Shown here one piece after another: positions 45,399-54,023 of a stretch of 64,000 nucleotides of DNA. The notes beneath the pieces are model-generated. The model ran no database searches and was not told where the DNA came from. It saw only the letters and a program-made list of their open reading frames with translations. The DNA lies in assembly GCF_000737315.1 (NCBI RefSeq), contig NZ_JMCB01000001.1:1-64000 (forward strand). The letters are read 5' to 3'. A program made the position numbers and the translations under genes. Source of the DNA: Hyalangium minutum. GTDB taxonomy: Bacteria > Myxococcota > Myxococcia > Myxococcales > Myxococcaceae. The stretch's first letter is position 1; each line of letters begins with the position of its first letter.

Positions 45399-46460
45399 CT
45401 AGGCGCGGGCCGGGGAGCCCTCTTTCAGGCCGTAGACGAAGTTCAGCACCTCGGCCACCGCGTCATACAGCTCCTCGGGGATGTCCTGGCCCACGTCCAC
45501 CCGGAGCAGCGCGTGCGCCAACGGCACGTTGCGCAGCAGGGGCACGTCGGCGGCCTTGGCCAGCGCCTTGATCTGCTCGGCCTTGGAGTCCAGGCCCTTG
45601 GCGAGCACCCGGGGCGCGCCGTCCTTCTCCCGGTCGTACTTGAGCGCCACGGCGACGTGGTCCGGGTTGGTGACGATCACGTCGGCGCCCTTCACGGACT
45701 CCATCTGAGCGCTCTCCATGATCTCCTGGTGCATCTGCTTGCGGTGCGCCTTGTGGTGCGGATCGCCCTCGCTCTCCTTGTATTCCTTCTTCACCTCGTC
45801 CTTCGACATCATCATGTCCTTCATGTAGGACTTTCGCTGCCACCAGATGTCGAAGATGGAGAAGAGCAGGAAGATGAGGCCGATCTTGAAGGCGACGCGG
45901 TAGACCATCTCCCCCATCACCCCCATGATCCCCGGCACGTCCATGCGCACCGTCTGGACCACCATGCCCATGCCGTCGCGGATGACGCCGAAGATGACGT
46001 AGCCCGCGACGCTGATCTTGGCCAGGTTCTTGATCAGCTCCACGGCCGTCTTCTTGGAGAACATGTTCTTGAGGCCCTGGATGGGATTCAGCTTCTCCAG
46101 CTTGGGCATCAAGGGGTCCAGGGTGAAGAGCGAGCCCACCTGGAGGAACTCGGCCAGCCCGGCCACCACCGCGCAGGCGCCGATGACGGGTGCCACCAGC
46201 GTGAGCACCGCGCTCAAGCCCATCTCCATCAGATGGAAGGTGGCGATCTGCAGCGAGTCCGGCTTCGACATCTGATCGAACGAGTAGCGGAAGAGGATCG
46301 TCACCTTCTCTTCGATGTTGCCCCAGGTGGCCTTGACGGCGCCCAGCCCCACGAGCAGCACGAACACGCCCGTCAGGTCCTTGCTCTTCCAGACCTGGCC
46401 CTTCTTGCGTGAGTCCTGCAGCTTCTTTTGTGTGGGTTCTTCTGTCTTCTCGTCGGACAT
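45399..46460 (-). CDS. sctU: T3SS export/switch protein SctU (FlhB family)
   Basis: [38 protein letters not shown]. Confidence 0.95.
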   Translation of the reverse strand: MSDEKTEEPTQKKLQDSRKKGQVWKSKDLTGVFVLLVGLGAVKATWGNIEEKVTILFRYSFDQMSKPDSLQIATFHLMEMGLSAVLTLVAPVIGACAVVAGLAEFLQVGSLFTLDPLMPKLEKLNPIQGLKNMFSKKTAVELIKNLAKISVAGYVIFGVIRDGMGMVVQTVRMDVPGIMGVMGEMVYRVAFKIGLIFLLFSIFDIWWQRKSYMKDMMMSKDEVKKEYKESEGDPHHKAHRKQMHQEIMESAQMESVKGADVIVTNPDHVAVALKYDREKDGAPRVLAKGLDSKAEQIKALAKAADVPLLRNVPLAHALLRVDVGQDIPEELYDAVAEVLNFVYGLKEGSPARA

Positions 46461-46475
46461 GGCGGGCGCCGGGTG

Positions 46476-47294
46476 TCAGCTGAGGAGTCTGATGGCGTGC
46501 TTCAGGATCGCCAGCATGGAGGCGAACTCGTCCTGGAAGCGCCCGATGATCATCTGAATGGAGATACCGAAGATGATGGCGGCCACCATGGGCTTGATGG
46601 CCATGGCGATGAAGAAGACCTGGAGGTTGGTCGCCACACGGTTGATGGCGCCCATGCCCAGGTCCGTCAGGAAGGTGGCCAGCACGACGGGCGCCGACAG
46701 GATGAGGGAGATCCTCAGGAGGTCCGCGAAGACGCGGATCGACACCTCGAAGAAGGGCCAAAGTCCGGCGCTGAACCGGGGGAAGCCGTCCAGTGGGACG
46801 GCGACGAAGCTGTCGGCCAGGGCCTCGATGACGACGTGGTGCCCGTTGAGCGTGAGGAAGAGCACCACGGCCAGCTGCGTCTTCAAGTTGGAGTAGAGCG
46901 TCACCTGCTGGCCGAGCTGGGGCACGTAGAGCTGGGCGTTGTTGCTGCCCATCATGGTGTCCGCCAGGTTTCCTGCCACGCGGGCCGCGTCGAAGATGGC
47001 GCTGACGATGAACGCCAGCGACATGCCGATGAAGATCTCCTTGAGCAGCAGCGCGATGTAGGGCAGCGGTTGGCTGGGGATGGTCCCCATCCGCTGCGCC
47101 ACGAGGGGGAACATCACGATCGACAAGGTGATGCCGACGCCCATCTTCACTTCCGTGGGCGTGACCTCTCCGCCGAGGAACGGCGAGAAGATGATCACCG
47201 GCAGGACCCGGCACATGATCAGGCCCACGGCGAAGATGATGAGCTGGATGTTGGCCTGCTCGGCCAACTTCGCGATCGCTTCCGAGGCGTTCAT
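46476..47294 (-). CDS. sctT: T3SS export protein SctT (FliR family)
   Basis: RVLPVIIFSPF, KEIFIG, LFLTLNGHH, LQVFFI. Confidence 0.9.
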   Translation of the reverse strand: MNASEAIAKLAEQANIQLIIFAVGLIMCRVLPVIIFSPFLGGEVTPTEVKMGVGITLSIVMFPLVAQRMGTIPSQPLPYIALLLKEIFIGMSLAFIVSAIFDAARVAGNLADTMMGSNNAQLYVPQLGQQVTLYSNLKTQLAVVLFLTLNGHHVVIEALADSFVAVPLDGFPRFSAGLWPFFEVSIRVFADLLRISLILSAPVVLATFLTDLGMGAINRVATNLQVFFIAMAIKPMVAAIIFGISIQMIIGRFQDEFASMLAILKHAIRLLS

Positions 47295-47554
47295 CGAATG
47301 ATGGCGGGGAACCGGTCGAAGACGTGGAAGGTGAAGCGCACGAGCTGGTGGCCGATCCACGGGCCCACCATGGCCAGCGTGACGAAGACAATGACCATCT
47401 TCGGCGCGAAGGTGAGCGTCTGCTCCTGGATCTGCGTCGTGGCCTGGAACAGGGCGATGATGAAGCCCACCAGGAGGCTGATGATGACAGGCGGCGCCGA
47501 GGCGACGAGCACCAGGAAGAGCGCCTGCTGAGTGATGACCGTCAGTTGGTGCAT
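47291..47554 (-). CDS. sctS: T3SS export protein SctS (FliQ family)
   Basis: FQATTQIQEQTLTFAPK. Confidence 0.95.
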   Translation of the reverse strand: MHQLTVITQQALFLVLVASAPPVIISLLVGFIIALFQATTQIQEQTLTFAPKMVIVFVTLAMVGPWIGHQLVRFTFHVFDRFPAIIR

Positions 47555-47564
47555 GGCGTTCCTC

Positions 47565-48401
47565 CTACAGGTACCCGATGACCAGGCCCTTGGCGATCAA
47601 GTACCAGCCGTCGACCAAGACGAAGAGTAAGAGCTTGAAGGGCATGGAGATGGTGGTGGGTGACAACATGTGCATGCCGAGCGCGAGCAGGATGTTGGCC
47701 ACCACCATGTCGATGACAATGAAGGGCACGAAGAGCAGGAAGCCGATCTGGAAGGCCTCCTTGAGCTCGGACACGACGAAGGCCGGGATGATGATCATGA
47801 AGTCCCGGTCGCCCACGTCCTTGCGATCCTCCTCCTTGCGCATCTTCTTGGCCAGGTGGAAGAAGAGCGCCCGGTCCTTGTCCTTGACCTTCTTGATGAG
47901 GAAGTCGCGCAGGGGCTCCTTGGCGCGATCCGCGGCGGCCAGCATGGTGCCCACGGTCTCCGAGGAGAGCAGCCCGGGCCCCTTCGCCCAGATGTCCACC
48001 TGGGCCGCCTTGTACATGTTCTGGCCGATGGGGGCCATGATGTAGACGGTGAGGATGATGGCCAGGCCGGTGATGACCTGGGTGGGCGGGATCTGCTGGG
48101 TGCCCAGCGCCGAGCGGACGATGGAGAGCACCACCGAGATCTTCACGAAGCTGGTCACCATCATCAGCACGAAGGGGACGAGCGACAGCGCCGCCAGCGC
48201 CAGGATGAGGATCAGCGGCCGCGAGGTGAATGACTCGCTGTTCGTCACCGACTGCACGGCGTTGGCGGGGAGCGGCTCCTCCGTGGCGACGGCGCTGCCC
48301 CTCTTGGCGGCGAAGGCAACAGCCGGCTGCAGGGCGACAGCGGCGGCATACAGCCAGGGAGTGGCACGGGACAGGGACTGGCGCAAGGACGAGGGTCTCA
48401 C
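47565..48401 (-). CDS. sctR: T3SS export protein SctR (FliP family)
   Basis: MVTSFVKI, ALGTQQIPP, PAFVVSELKEAFQIGF, PFKLLLFVLVDGW. GTG start inferred. Confidence 0.93.
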   Translation of the reverse strand: MRPSSLRQSLSRATPWLYAAAVALQPAVAFAAKRGSAVATEEPLPANAVQSVTNSESFTSRPLILILALAALSLVPFVLMMVTSFVKISVVLSIVRSALGTQQIPPTQVITGLAIILTVYIMAPIGQNMYKAAQVDIWAKGPGLLSSETVGTMLAAADRAKEPLRDFLIKKVKDKDRALFFHLAKKMRKEEDRKDVGDRDFMIIIPAFVVSELKEAFQIGFLLFVPFIVIDMVVANILLALGMHMLSPTTISMPFKLLLFVLVDGWYLIAKGLVIGYL

Positions 48402-48412
48402 GAGAGCAATCT

Positions 48413-49048
48413 TCAGGAGCGCGGCGGCGTGGAGCCGGTGCGGCGGGAGAGGAGCTTCTGGAGGAAGGGGCTCAAAGGCACGACGTTGGAGGGCTGGGGG
48501 CGCTCGGCCTGGATGCGATCGACCGCCTGGGTGTCGAGCTTCGACAGCAACTGGAGGCCGCCCTCGCCGCTGCCGACCAGGAGGTACTCGTCCGCGGCCT
48601 TCAGCACGAAGAGGGTGCGGCGCTGATCGAGCGGCACCCGCTCCACCACAGACACCAGCGACTGGCTCCGGCGGCCCATCGGGCCCTGCAGCCCCATCAG
48701 CTTGCGCAGGCCCACGTTGAGCGTCAGGTAGATGCTCAGCAGCACCGTGCCCAGCAGCAGCAGCGTGCGCGCGAGCACCCAACCGAGGTTCTCGGGCTCC
48801 GCACTGGCGGTGTCCTCGGCCGCGAACGGATCCGGCAAGTCACTGCCAGGAGCCGCCACGGCGGGAGCAGCCGGAGCCGGGGCGGGAACCTGGGCAGCAG
48901 GCTGCTCAGGGGCAGGCGCCGCGACGGGCGCCGCCGTGGGAGCGGGCACGGCAGCCGAAGCCTCCGCGAGGGCAAGCGGCGGCGCGAGCAAGAGGCAGGC
49001 ACAGGCCAGCAGGGACCAGCGCGGGTTCGATAGGAGGGAGGCCACCAT
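48413..49048 (-). CDS. FliO-like export-gate assembly protein
   Basis: Single TM then VVERVPLDQRRTLFVLKAADEYLLVGSGEGGLQLL (FliO pattern), directly upstream of fliP/sctR. Confidence 0.75.
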   Translation of the reverse strand: MVASLLSNPRWSLLACACLLLAPPLALAEASAAVPAPTAAPVAAPAPEQPAAQVPAPAPAAPAVAAPGSDLPDPFAAEDTASAEPENLGWVLARTLLLLGTVLLSIYLTLNVGLRKLMGLQGPMGRRSQSLVSVVERVPLDQRRTLFVLKAADEYLLVGSGEGGLQLLSKLDTQAVDRIQAERPQPSNVVPLSPFLQKLLSRRTGSTPPRS

Positions 49049-49143
49049 GACTGGGAGCGAGGCTAGTCCATTCCCAGGCGAGACCGCCATGGCTCCACCG
49101 TGGATCCCCGACGCCACCCTGCTCGCCCGCCAGCCAACAGGCT

Positions 49144-50463
49144 TCACCCGGCCAGGGAGAGGACCCGGACACCCAGCTGGCCCTCGACTTCGACCAGCTC
49201 GCCCCGAGCCACCACCTTGCCATTGACGGACAGCTCCACTGGCTCGCCGGGCGAGCGGTGAAGCTCGATGACTTGTCCCACCTTCAACGCCACCACCTCG
49301 TCGGCGGTAACGGGAACCCGGGCCAGTTCCACGGCGAGCTGCAGCGGGATGTCAGCCAGCAAGTCGCCTCCCTCCGGCCTGTTCGCGTCGTCCATATTCC
49401 CTTCCGACTCCGGAGGCATCTCATTCTCCGGGTTGGTGAAAACCTCGTTGTCGTTGGCGGGGGGCAGGACGCGCTGGAAGTTCGGCTCGCCCAGGATGAA
49501 GTCCTTGACGCGCGCCTTGTACTGGCCGTCCTCGACGAAGACCTCTGCCTCCACTCGGGTGCCGCCCAGCCCCACGCGCAGCGTGGCCGTGCCTGCCTCA
49601 CCCCGGTCCGGACGGGTCGAGAGCGAGTCCAGCAGCACCACGTCCTTCACGCGGATGTACTCCAGATCGGAGCTGGCGATCTCCGCCTGGCCGATCTCCG
49701 CGCGCAGCCACGTGCGCACCGTGGACAGCAGCTTCCGGTTCATCCGGATGTCCGCGCGCAGGCGGCTGCGCTTCTCCGCGCCGCCACGCCCCTCTTCGGT
49801 GGCATTGAGCACCGCCGGAGGCATCACCACGCGCACGATGCCCGCGTGGGGCCCCACCGAGGCGTTCATCTGCACGACGACCACCAGCTCGTCATCCCCA
49901 AGCTTGGCGGCCACCTCGTCCACGCCCCGGGCGACGGACTCCAGCCGCATGCGCGGAAACGAAGCCTCCAGCGCGGGCGCCACGGCCTTGATGCCCTCGA
50001 GGACCACGAAGCTCATCACGCCTTCTTCGATGTCCGTCAGCGGCCGCAGGCCCACTGTCTCGCCCGCGCCACCCAGCAGCATGTCCACCAGGTTGTGGGC
50101 GAACGATAGCTCCACCTCCATCACCACCCGGCTCTTGAGCGCTCCGGGCGCGAGCACCGTCAGGAAGGAGGGCTCGCCCAGGTGGCGGCGCAGCTCCGCG
50201 ATGGGGCGGATCTGCATGCTCACGAGGGAGACGCGGGCCTCGGCGTCGAACAGCGCCTTGAGCCGGGCATAGAGGGGCTCAGCCGCGGTGGGAGACGGAA
50301 TGGCCCGGTGGAGGCGAGCCGTCAGCTCCGTCTGGGCGCGGTCCACGCGCTCCAGGTTGCGGAACTTGAACGGCTTCCAGGGCTTGGAGGGCTTTATCTG
50401 GCGGAGGTCCACCAGCATCGTTCGCTCGTGGATTCCGGGTTCATCATCCCGGCCAAGGCTCAT
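49144..50463 (-). CDS. sctQ: T3SS sorting-platform protein SctQ (FliM/FliN-like)
   Basis: C-terminal SpoA domain DIPLQLAVEL...GELVEVEGQLGVRV. Confidence 0.9.
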   Translation of the reverse strand: MSLGRDDEPGIHERTMLVDLRQIKPSKPWKPFKFRNLERVDRAQTELTARLHRAIPSPTAAEPLYARLKALFDAEARVSLVSMQIRPIAELRRHLGEPSFLTVLAPGALKSRVVMEVELSFAHNLVDMLLGGAGETVGLRPLTDIEEGVMSFVVLEGIKAVAPALEASFPRMRLESVARGVDEVAAKLGDDELVVVVQMNASVGPHAGIVRVVMPPAVLNATEEGRGGAEKRSRLRADIRMNRKLLSTVRTWLRAEIGQAEIASSDLEYIRVKDVVLLDSLSTRPDRGEAGTATLRVGLGGTRVEAEVFVEDGQYKARVKDFILGEPNFQRVLPPANDNEVFTNPENEMPPESEGNMDDANRPEGGDLLADIPLQLAVELARVPVTADEVVALKVGQVIELHRSPGEPVELSVNGKVVARGELVEVEGQLGVRVLSLAG

Positions 50464-51455
50464 GCCCGGGCCTCGAAGCGCAGATCTTCAAGCTTGAGGC
50501 CCCGGCCCTGCAGCGCACTCTTGAGGCCTTCGCTCTGCTCCTCGATCATCTTGAGCACGTCCCGATCGCTGCCGCTGAAGACGGCGGAGATCTTCCCGTT
50601 CTTCGCGCTGAGCTTGATGGACAAGCCGCTGAGGACGTTGCTGCGCAGGTCGATCTGGAACTCGGCCGCGCCCGCGCCGTTGGTGCCCACGCGGACCTTC
50701 TCGACGATCTTCTGGGCAATCTCGTTGGCGATGGCGCGCAGCCGGTCCGAGCCCGTGGTGGGCTTGGGCTTGGCCACCGGCACCGGAGCCATCAGCGCTG
50801 GGTTGAAGCGGAAGCCCGCCGCGGCCGCCGCATCCCCACCCTGCTTGCCGTCCTTGTTCCCACCGCCCTGCCCGCCGCCGGAGTCCGCGTCCGTCTTCAG
50901 AGCGCCCTTCTGGCCCGCGCGGCCGGCGCTGCGCAGATCCGAGGCCTGATCGTCCGCCTTGGCATCGCCCTCGGACCTCGCCTCGGAGGAGCGCGACTCG
51001 TGGAGAGACTCCGAGGACTCACGGCCGTGCTTGCGGTCCACCGCCATGGCCTGGCCCTGGGCGGTGTCGGAGGAGTGGCTCTCGGACATCTTCTCGGCCT
51101 CACCCGAGAGAGAGGACTCGACGCGCTCGTTGAGGGCCTTGGCGTCCTGGCGGCCCTGGGTCTTGCCCGTCTCCTGGCGCTGGCCGGTCTGCCGGGCGGC
51201 AGTGCCCTCCTGCTGGCTCGTCTCGGAGCCCTTGGCTTCCTTGGTGAGGCGCGCGAGCACCTGCGACCCCAGGCCCTGCTTCGTCTCCTGCTTCTGCTGG
51301 GTCTGGGCCTGCTGCGTCTGCGAGCTCTGAACCAGCTTGGAGAAGGCGTTCTCGCCCTGCCGGATCTGCTTGCTCTTGGCCTCGGCGCGCTGCTTCTCCT
51401 GCAGCAGGCGCTGGGTAATCTGGTCTGCCTGGCGATCGTCTTCGACTCGGCTCAT
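50460..51455 (-). CDS. sctP: SctP/FliK-like length-control (ruler) protein
   Basis: Long Q/S/G-rich disordered region plus a C-terminal T3S4-like domain; canonical position between sctO and sctQ. Confidence 0.7.
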   Translation of the reverse strand: MSRVEDDRQADQITQRLLQEKQRAEAKSKQIRQGENAFSKLVQSSQTQQAQTQQKQETKQGLGSQVLARLTKEAKGSETSQQEGTAARQTGQRQETGKTQGRQDAKALNERVESSLSGEAEKMSESHSSDTAQGQAMAVDRKHGRESSESLHESRSSEARSEGDAKADDQASDLRSAGRAGQKGALKTDADSGGGQGGGNKDGKQGGDAAAAAGFRFNPALMAPVPVAKPKPTTGSDRLRAIANEIAQKIVEKVRVGTNGAGAAEFQIDLRSNVLSGLSIKLSAKNGKISAVFSGSDRDVLKMIEEQSEGLKSALQGRGLKLEDLRFEARA

Positions 51456-51485
51456 CGCGGGACACCTACAAAGGGAGGAGAGAGG

Positions 51486-51974
51486 TTACTTGCGCTGACG
51501 GGCCTGGAACAAGGCACTGCCGATCTCTTCCTGCGTCATCTCCTCGCGCTGCTGGCGCTCGTACTTCACCTGCTTCTTCCAGTTCTCCTTATGCTTCTCG
51601 ATGGCCTTGAGCTCCTTGGCGGCCTCCGCCATCTCCCGACGGCGCTGCTCCACCAGCTTCTCGGCCACCTTGACCGCTTCTTTTTGACGCTCGATGTCAA
51701 GCGCCACCTGCGCCTCCTCGTCCTTCAGGCGCTGCTCGAAGCGGCTCATCATGTTCATGCCGTTGATGCCGGCGCCCTTGGCCATCACCTCGTTGAGGTA
51801 GGCCATGACCTTCTGCTTGCGCTCGGCCTTGCGGCGCGCCAGGTCCTCCTCGAGGCGCTTGAGCTCCTGCTTCTCCTTCTCCAGCGCCTTGATGGCCGCG
51901 GAGAAAGCCTGTTCAGCCTCCTCCTTGGCGCGGGTGCGCATCTCCAGGAGGGTCTCTAAGCGGTACTGGGGCAT
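51486..51974 (-). CDS. sctO: T3SS stalk protein SctO (FliJ-like)
   Basis: YRLETLLEMR start; coiled coil; directly after sctN. Confidence 0.85.
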   Translation of the reverse strand: MPQYRLETLLEMRTRAKEEAEQAFSAAIKALEKEKQELKRLEEDLARRKAERKQKVMAYLNEVMAKGAGINGMNMMSRFEQRLKDEEAQVALDIERQKEAVKVAEKLVEQRRREMAEAAKELKAIEKHKENWKKQVKYERQQREEMTQEEIGSALFQARQRK

Positions 51975-52009
51975 GTGGCCCCCATCCTAACCCGGAAAAA
52001 CCGGTTTCG

Positions 52010-53317
52010 TCAGTCCTGGAAGAGGCCGATGAGCTTCTCGACGGTCTCCTCGAAGGGCGAGTTCGAGTGGGTGTCCTGCTTGAGGAAGTCGATGATCGCG
52101 TCGTACTTGTCGATGGCGTAGTCCGTCCGGGGGTCCGTGCCGTACTGGTAGGCGCCCAGGAGGATGAGGTCGCGCTGCTTCTCGTAGGTCGCGAGCGTCT
52201 CGCGCAGCTTGCCGGCCGCCTTCTTGTGATCCTTGGAGACGATGCCGCTCATCACACGGGAGAGGCTGGCCAGCACGTCCATGGCGGGCCACTGGTTGCG
52301 CTCGCCCAGGGCACGGTTGAGGATGAAGTGGCCGTCGAGAATACCGCGGACTTCGTCGGCGATGGGCTCTTCCATGTCACCGCCGGCCACGAGGCAGGTG
52401 TAGATGGCAGTGCACTTGCCCTTGTCCGAGTTCCCCGTGCGCTCGAGGATGCGCGGCAGCATGGAGAACACGCTGGGCGGGTAGCCCTGGCGGGCCGGGG
52501 GCTCGCCGATGGCCAGGCCGATCTCACGCTGGGCACGGGCGAGACGCGTCACCGTGTCGAGCATGAAGAGCACGTTGCCGCCGCGCTCTCGGAAGTACTC
52601 GGCGATGGCCGTGGCCACGTAGGCGGCGCGCAGACGCACCAGGCTGGGTTGGTCGGAGGTGGCGCACACCAGCACGGCGCGCTTCATGCCCTCCTCGCCC
52701 ATGGCGTCCTCGATGAACTCGCGGACCTCGCGGCCACGCTCGCCGATCAGCGCCACGACGCTCAGGTCCGCTTGGGTGTTTCGGGCGATCTGGCCCATCA
52801 GCGTGGACTTACCGACGCCGGAACCGGCGAAGAGGCCCACGCGCTGGCCCTCGCCCACCGTGAGCAGCCCGTCAATGCAGCGCACGCCCAAAGGCAGCGG
52901 CCGTTCAATTCTCTGGCGCTTGAACGGGTCCGGGCAGTCCCGGTCCACGCTCCAGTCAATCATGCCGTCCGGCATCGGCTTGCCGTCGATGGGCTCGCCG
53001 GTGCCGCCGAGCACGCGGCCCAGCAGTTGATCGCCGCACTTGATGGTGAGCGGCTTGCCGGTGGGAATCACCTCGCTGTCCGGGCCGATGCCCGACAGCT
53101 CGCCCAGGGGCATGAGCATCACCTCGTCGCCCTGGAAGCCCACCACCTCGGCCTTCACCTTGTTGGTGCGGGCCTTGATGTAGACGACCTCGCCCACGCG
53201 GACGTTGGGCACGCTGGCCTTGATGACCAGGCCCGTCAGCTCCGTCACGCGGCCTCGCACGCGGATGAGCGAGGCCTCCTTCAGCAGGGAGTAGTAGTGC
53301 GAGAGGTCGATCGCCAT
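52010..53317 (-). CDS. sctN: T3SS ATPase SctN (FliI family)
   Basis: GLFAGSGVGKST, LIGERGREV, GYPPSVF, ILDGHFIL. Confidence 0.97.
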   Translation of the reverse strand: MAIDLSHYYSLLKEASLIRVRGRVTELTGLVIKASVPNVRVGEVVYIKARTNKVKAEVVGFQGDEVMLMPLGELSGIGPDSEVIPTGKPLTIKCGDQLLGRVLGGTGEPIDGKPMPDGMIDWSVDRDCPDPFKRQRIERPLPLGVRCIDGLLTVGEGQRVGLFAGSGVGKSTLMGQIARNTQADLSVVALIGERGREVREFIEDAMGEEGMKRAVLVCATSDQPSLVRLRAAYVATAIAEYFRERGGNVLFMLDTVTRLARAQREIGLAIGEPPARQGYPPSVFSMLPRILERTGNSDKGKCTAIYTCLVAGGDMEEPIADEVRGILDGHFILNRALGERNQWPAMDVLASLSRVMSGIVSKDHKKAAGKLRETLATYEKQRDLILLGAYQYGTDPRTDYAIDKYDAIIDFLKQDTHSNSPFEETVEKLIGLFQD

Positions 53318-53321
53318 GGGG

Positions 53322-53999
53322 TTACGCCGGTCCTTCCTTCTTCCCGTTGGGATCGGGCAGCAGCACGTTCTGCAGCATCTCGAACTGCGTGGGCAGCTGC
53401 GCGTCGATGGTGCCGAACTCCGTCTGGACAATGCAGCCCACCGGGGCCACGTCCTGGTCCTCCCGGATGGCCAGGTCCACCGCCCGGCCAATGAGCTCCA
53501 TCAGCTCCGGCTTGCGGGAGCGCAGCACCTGCGCCGTTTTCGGGTGCACCCGCAGGATCATCGAGCGCGCGCTGCGGATCTGCTCGATGGCGGTGGCGCA
53601 CATCTCCATCATCAGCTCGGGCTGCCGCTCGATGTCCCGGCCGATGATCTTCTCGGCAATCTTGCACGCCAGGGCGATGACGTCCTTCTCGTTGCCAGCC
53701 AGCATCTCCCCGGCCTGCATCTTGGCGCGCAGCAGCACCTCGGAGGCCTGGGCAAGCCCCTCCTGGCGGCCCTGCTCGCGGGCCTTGGCGAGCACCTCCT
53801 CACGCTCGCGCTGGGCCTCCGCGAGGATGCGCTCCTTCTCCTTGTTCGCCTCCTCGATAATCCCCTGGGCGGACTGGCGCGCATCGAAGATCTCGGCGTT
53901 CATCACGCCAGCGCGCGTGGGACGCGGTGCCATGGGGCGCTCGGCGGCACCCGCAAGCTCCCCAGACCCGTCACCTTTGATCACCTTGCCGATCGCCAT
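53322..53999 (-). CDS. sctL: T3SS stator SctL (FliH family)
   Basis: AREQGRQEGL (AxxxG motif); GCIVQTEFGTIDA. Confidence 0.9.
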   Translation of the reverse strand: MAIGKVIKGDGSGELAGAAERPMAPRPTRAGVMNAEIFDARQSAQGIIEEANKEKERILAEAQREREEVLAKAREQGRQEGLAQASEVLLRAKMQAGEMLAGNEKDVIALACKIAEKIIGRDIERQPELMMEMCATAIEQIRSARSMILRVHPKTAQVLRSRKPELMELIGRAVDLAIREDQDVAPVGCIVQTEFGTIDAQLPTQFEMLQNVLLPDPNGKKEGPA

Positions 54000-54023
54000 G
54001 GACAGCTCCTTGACGGCTGGATG

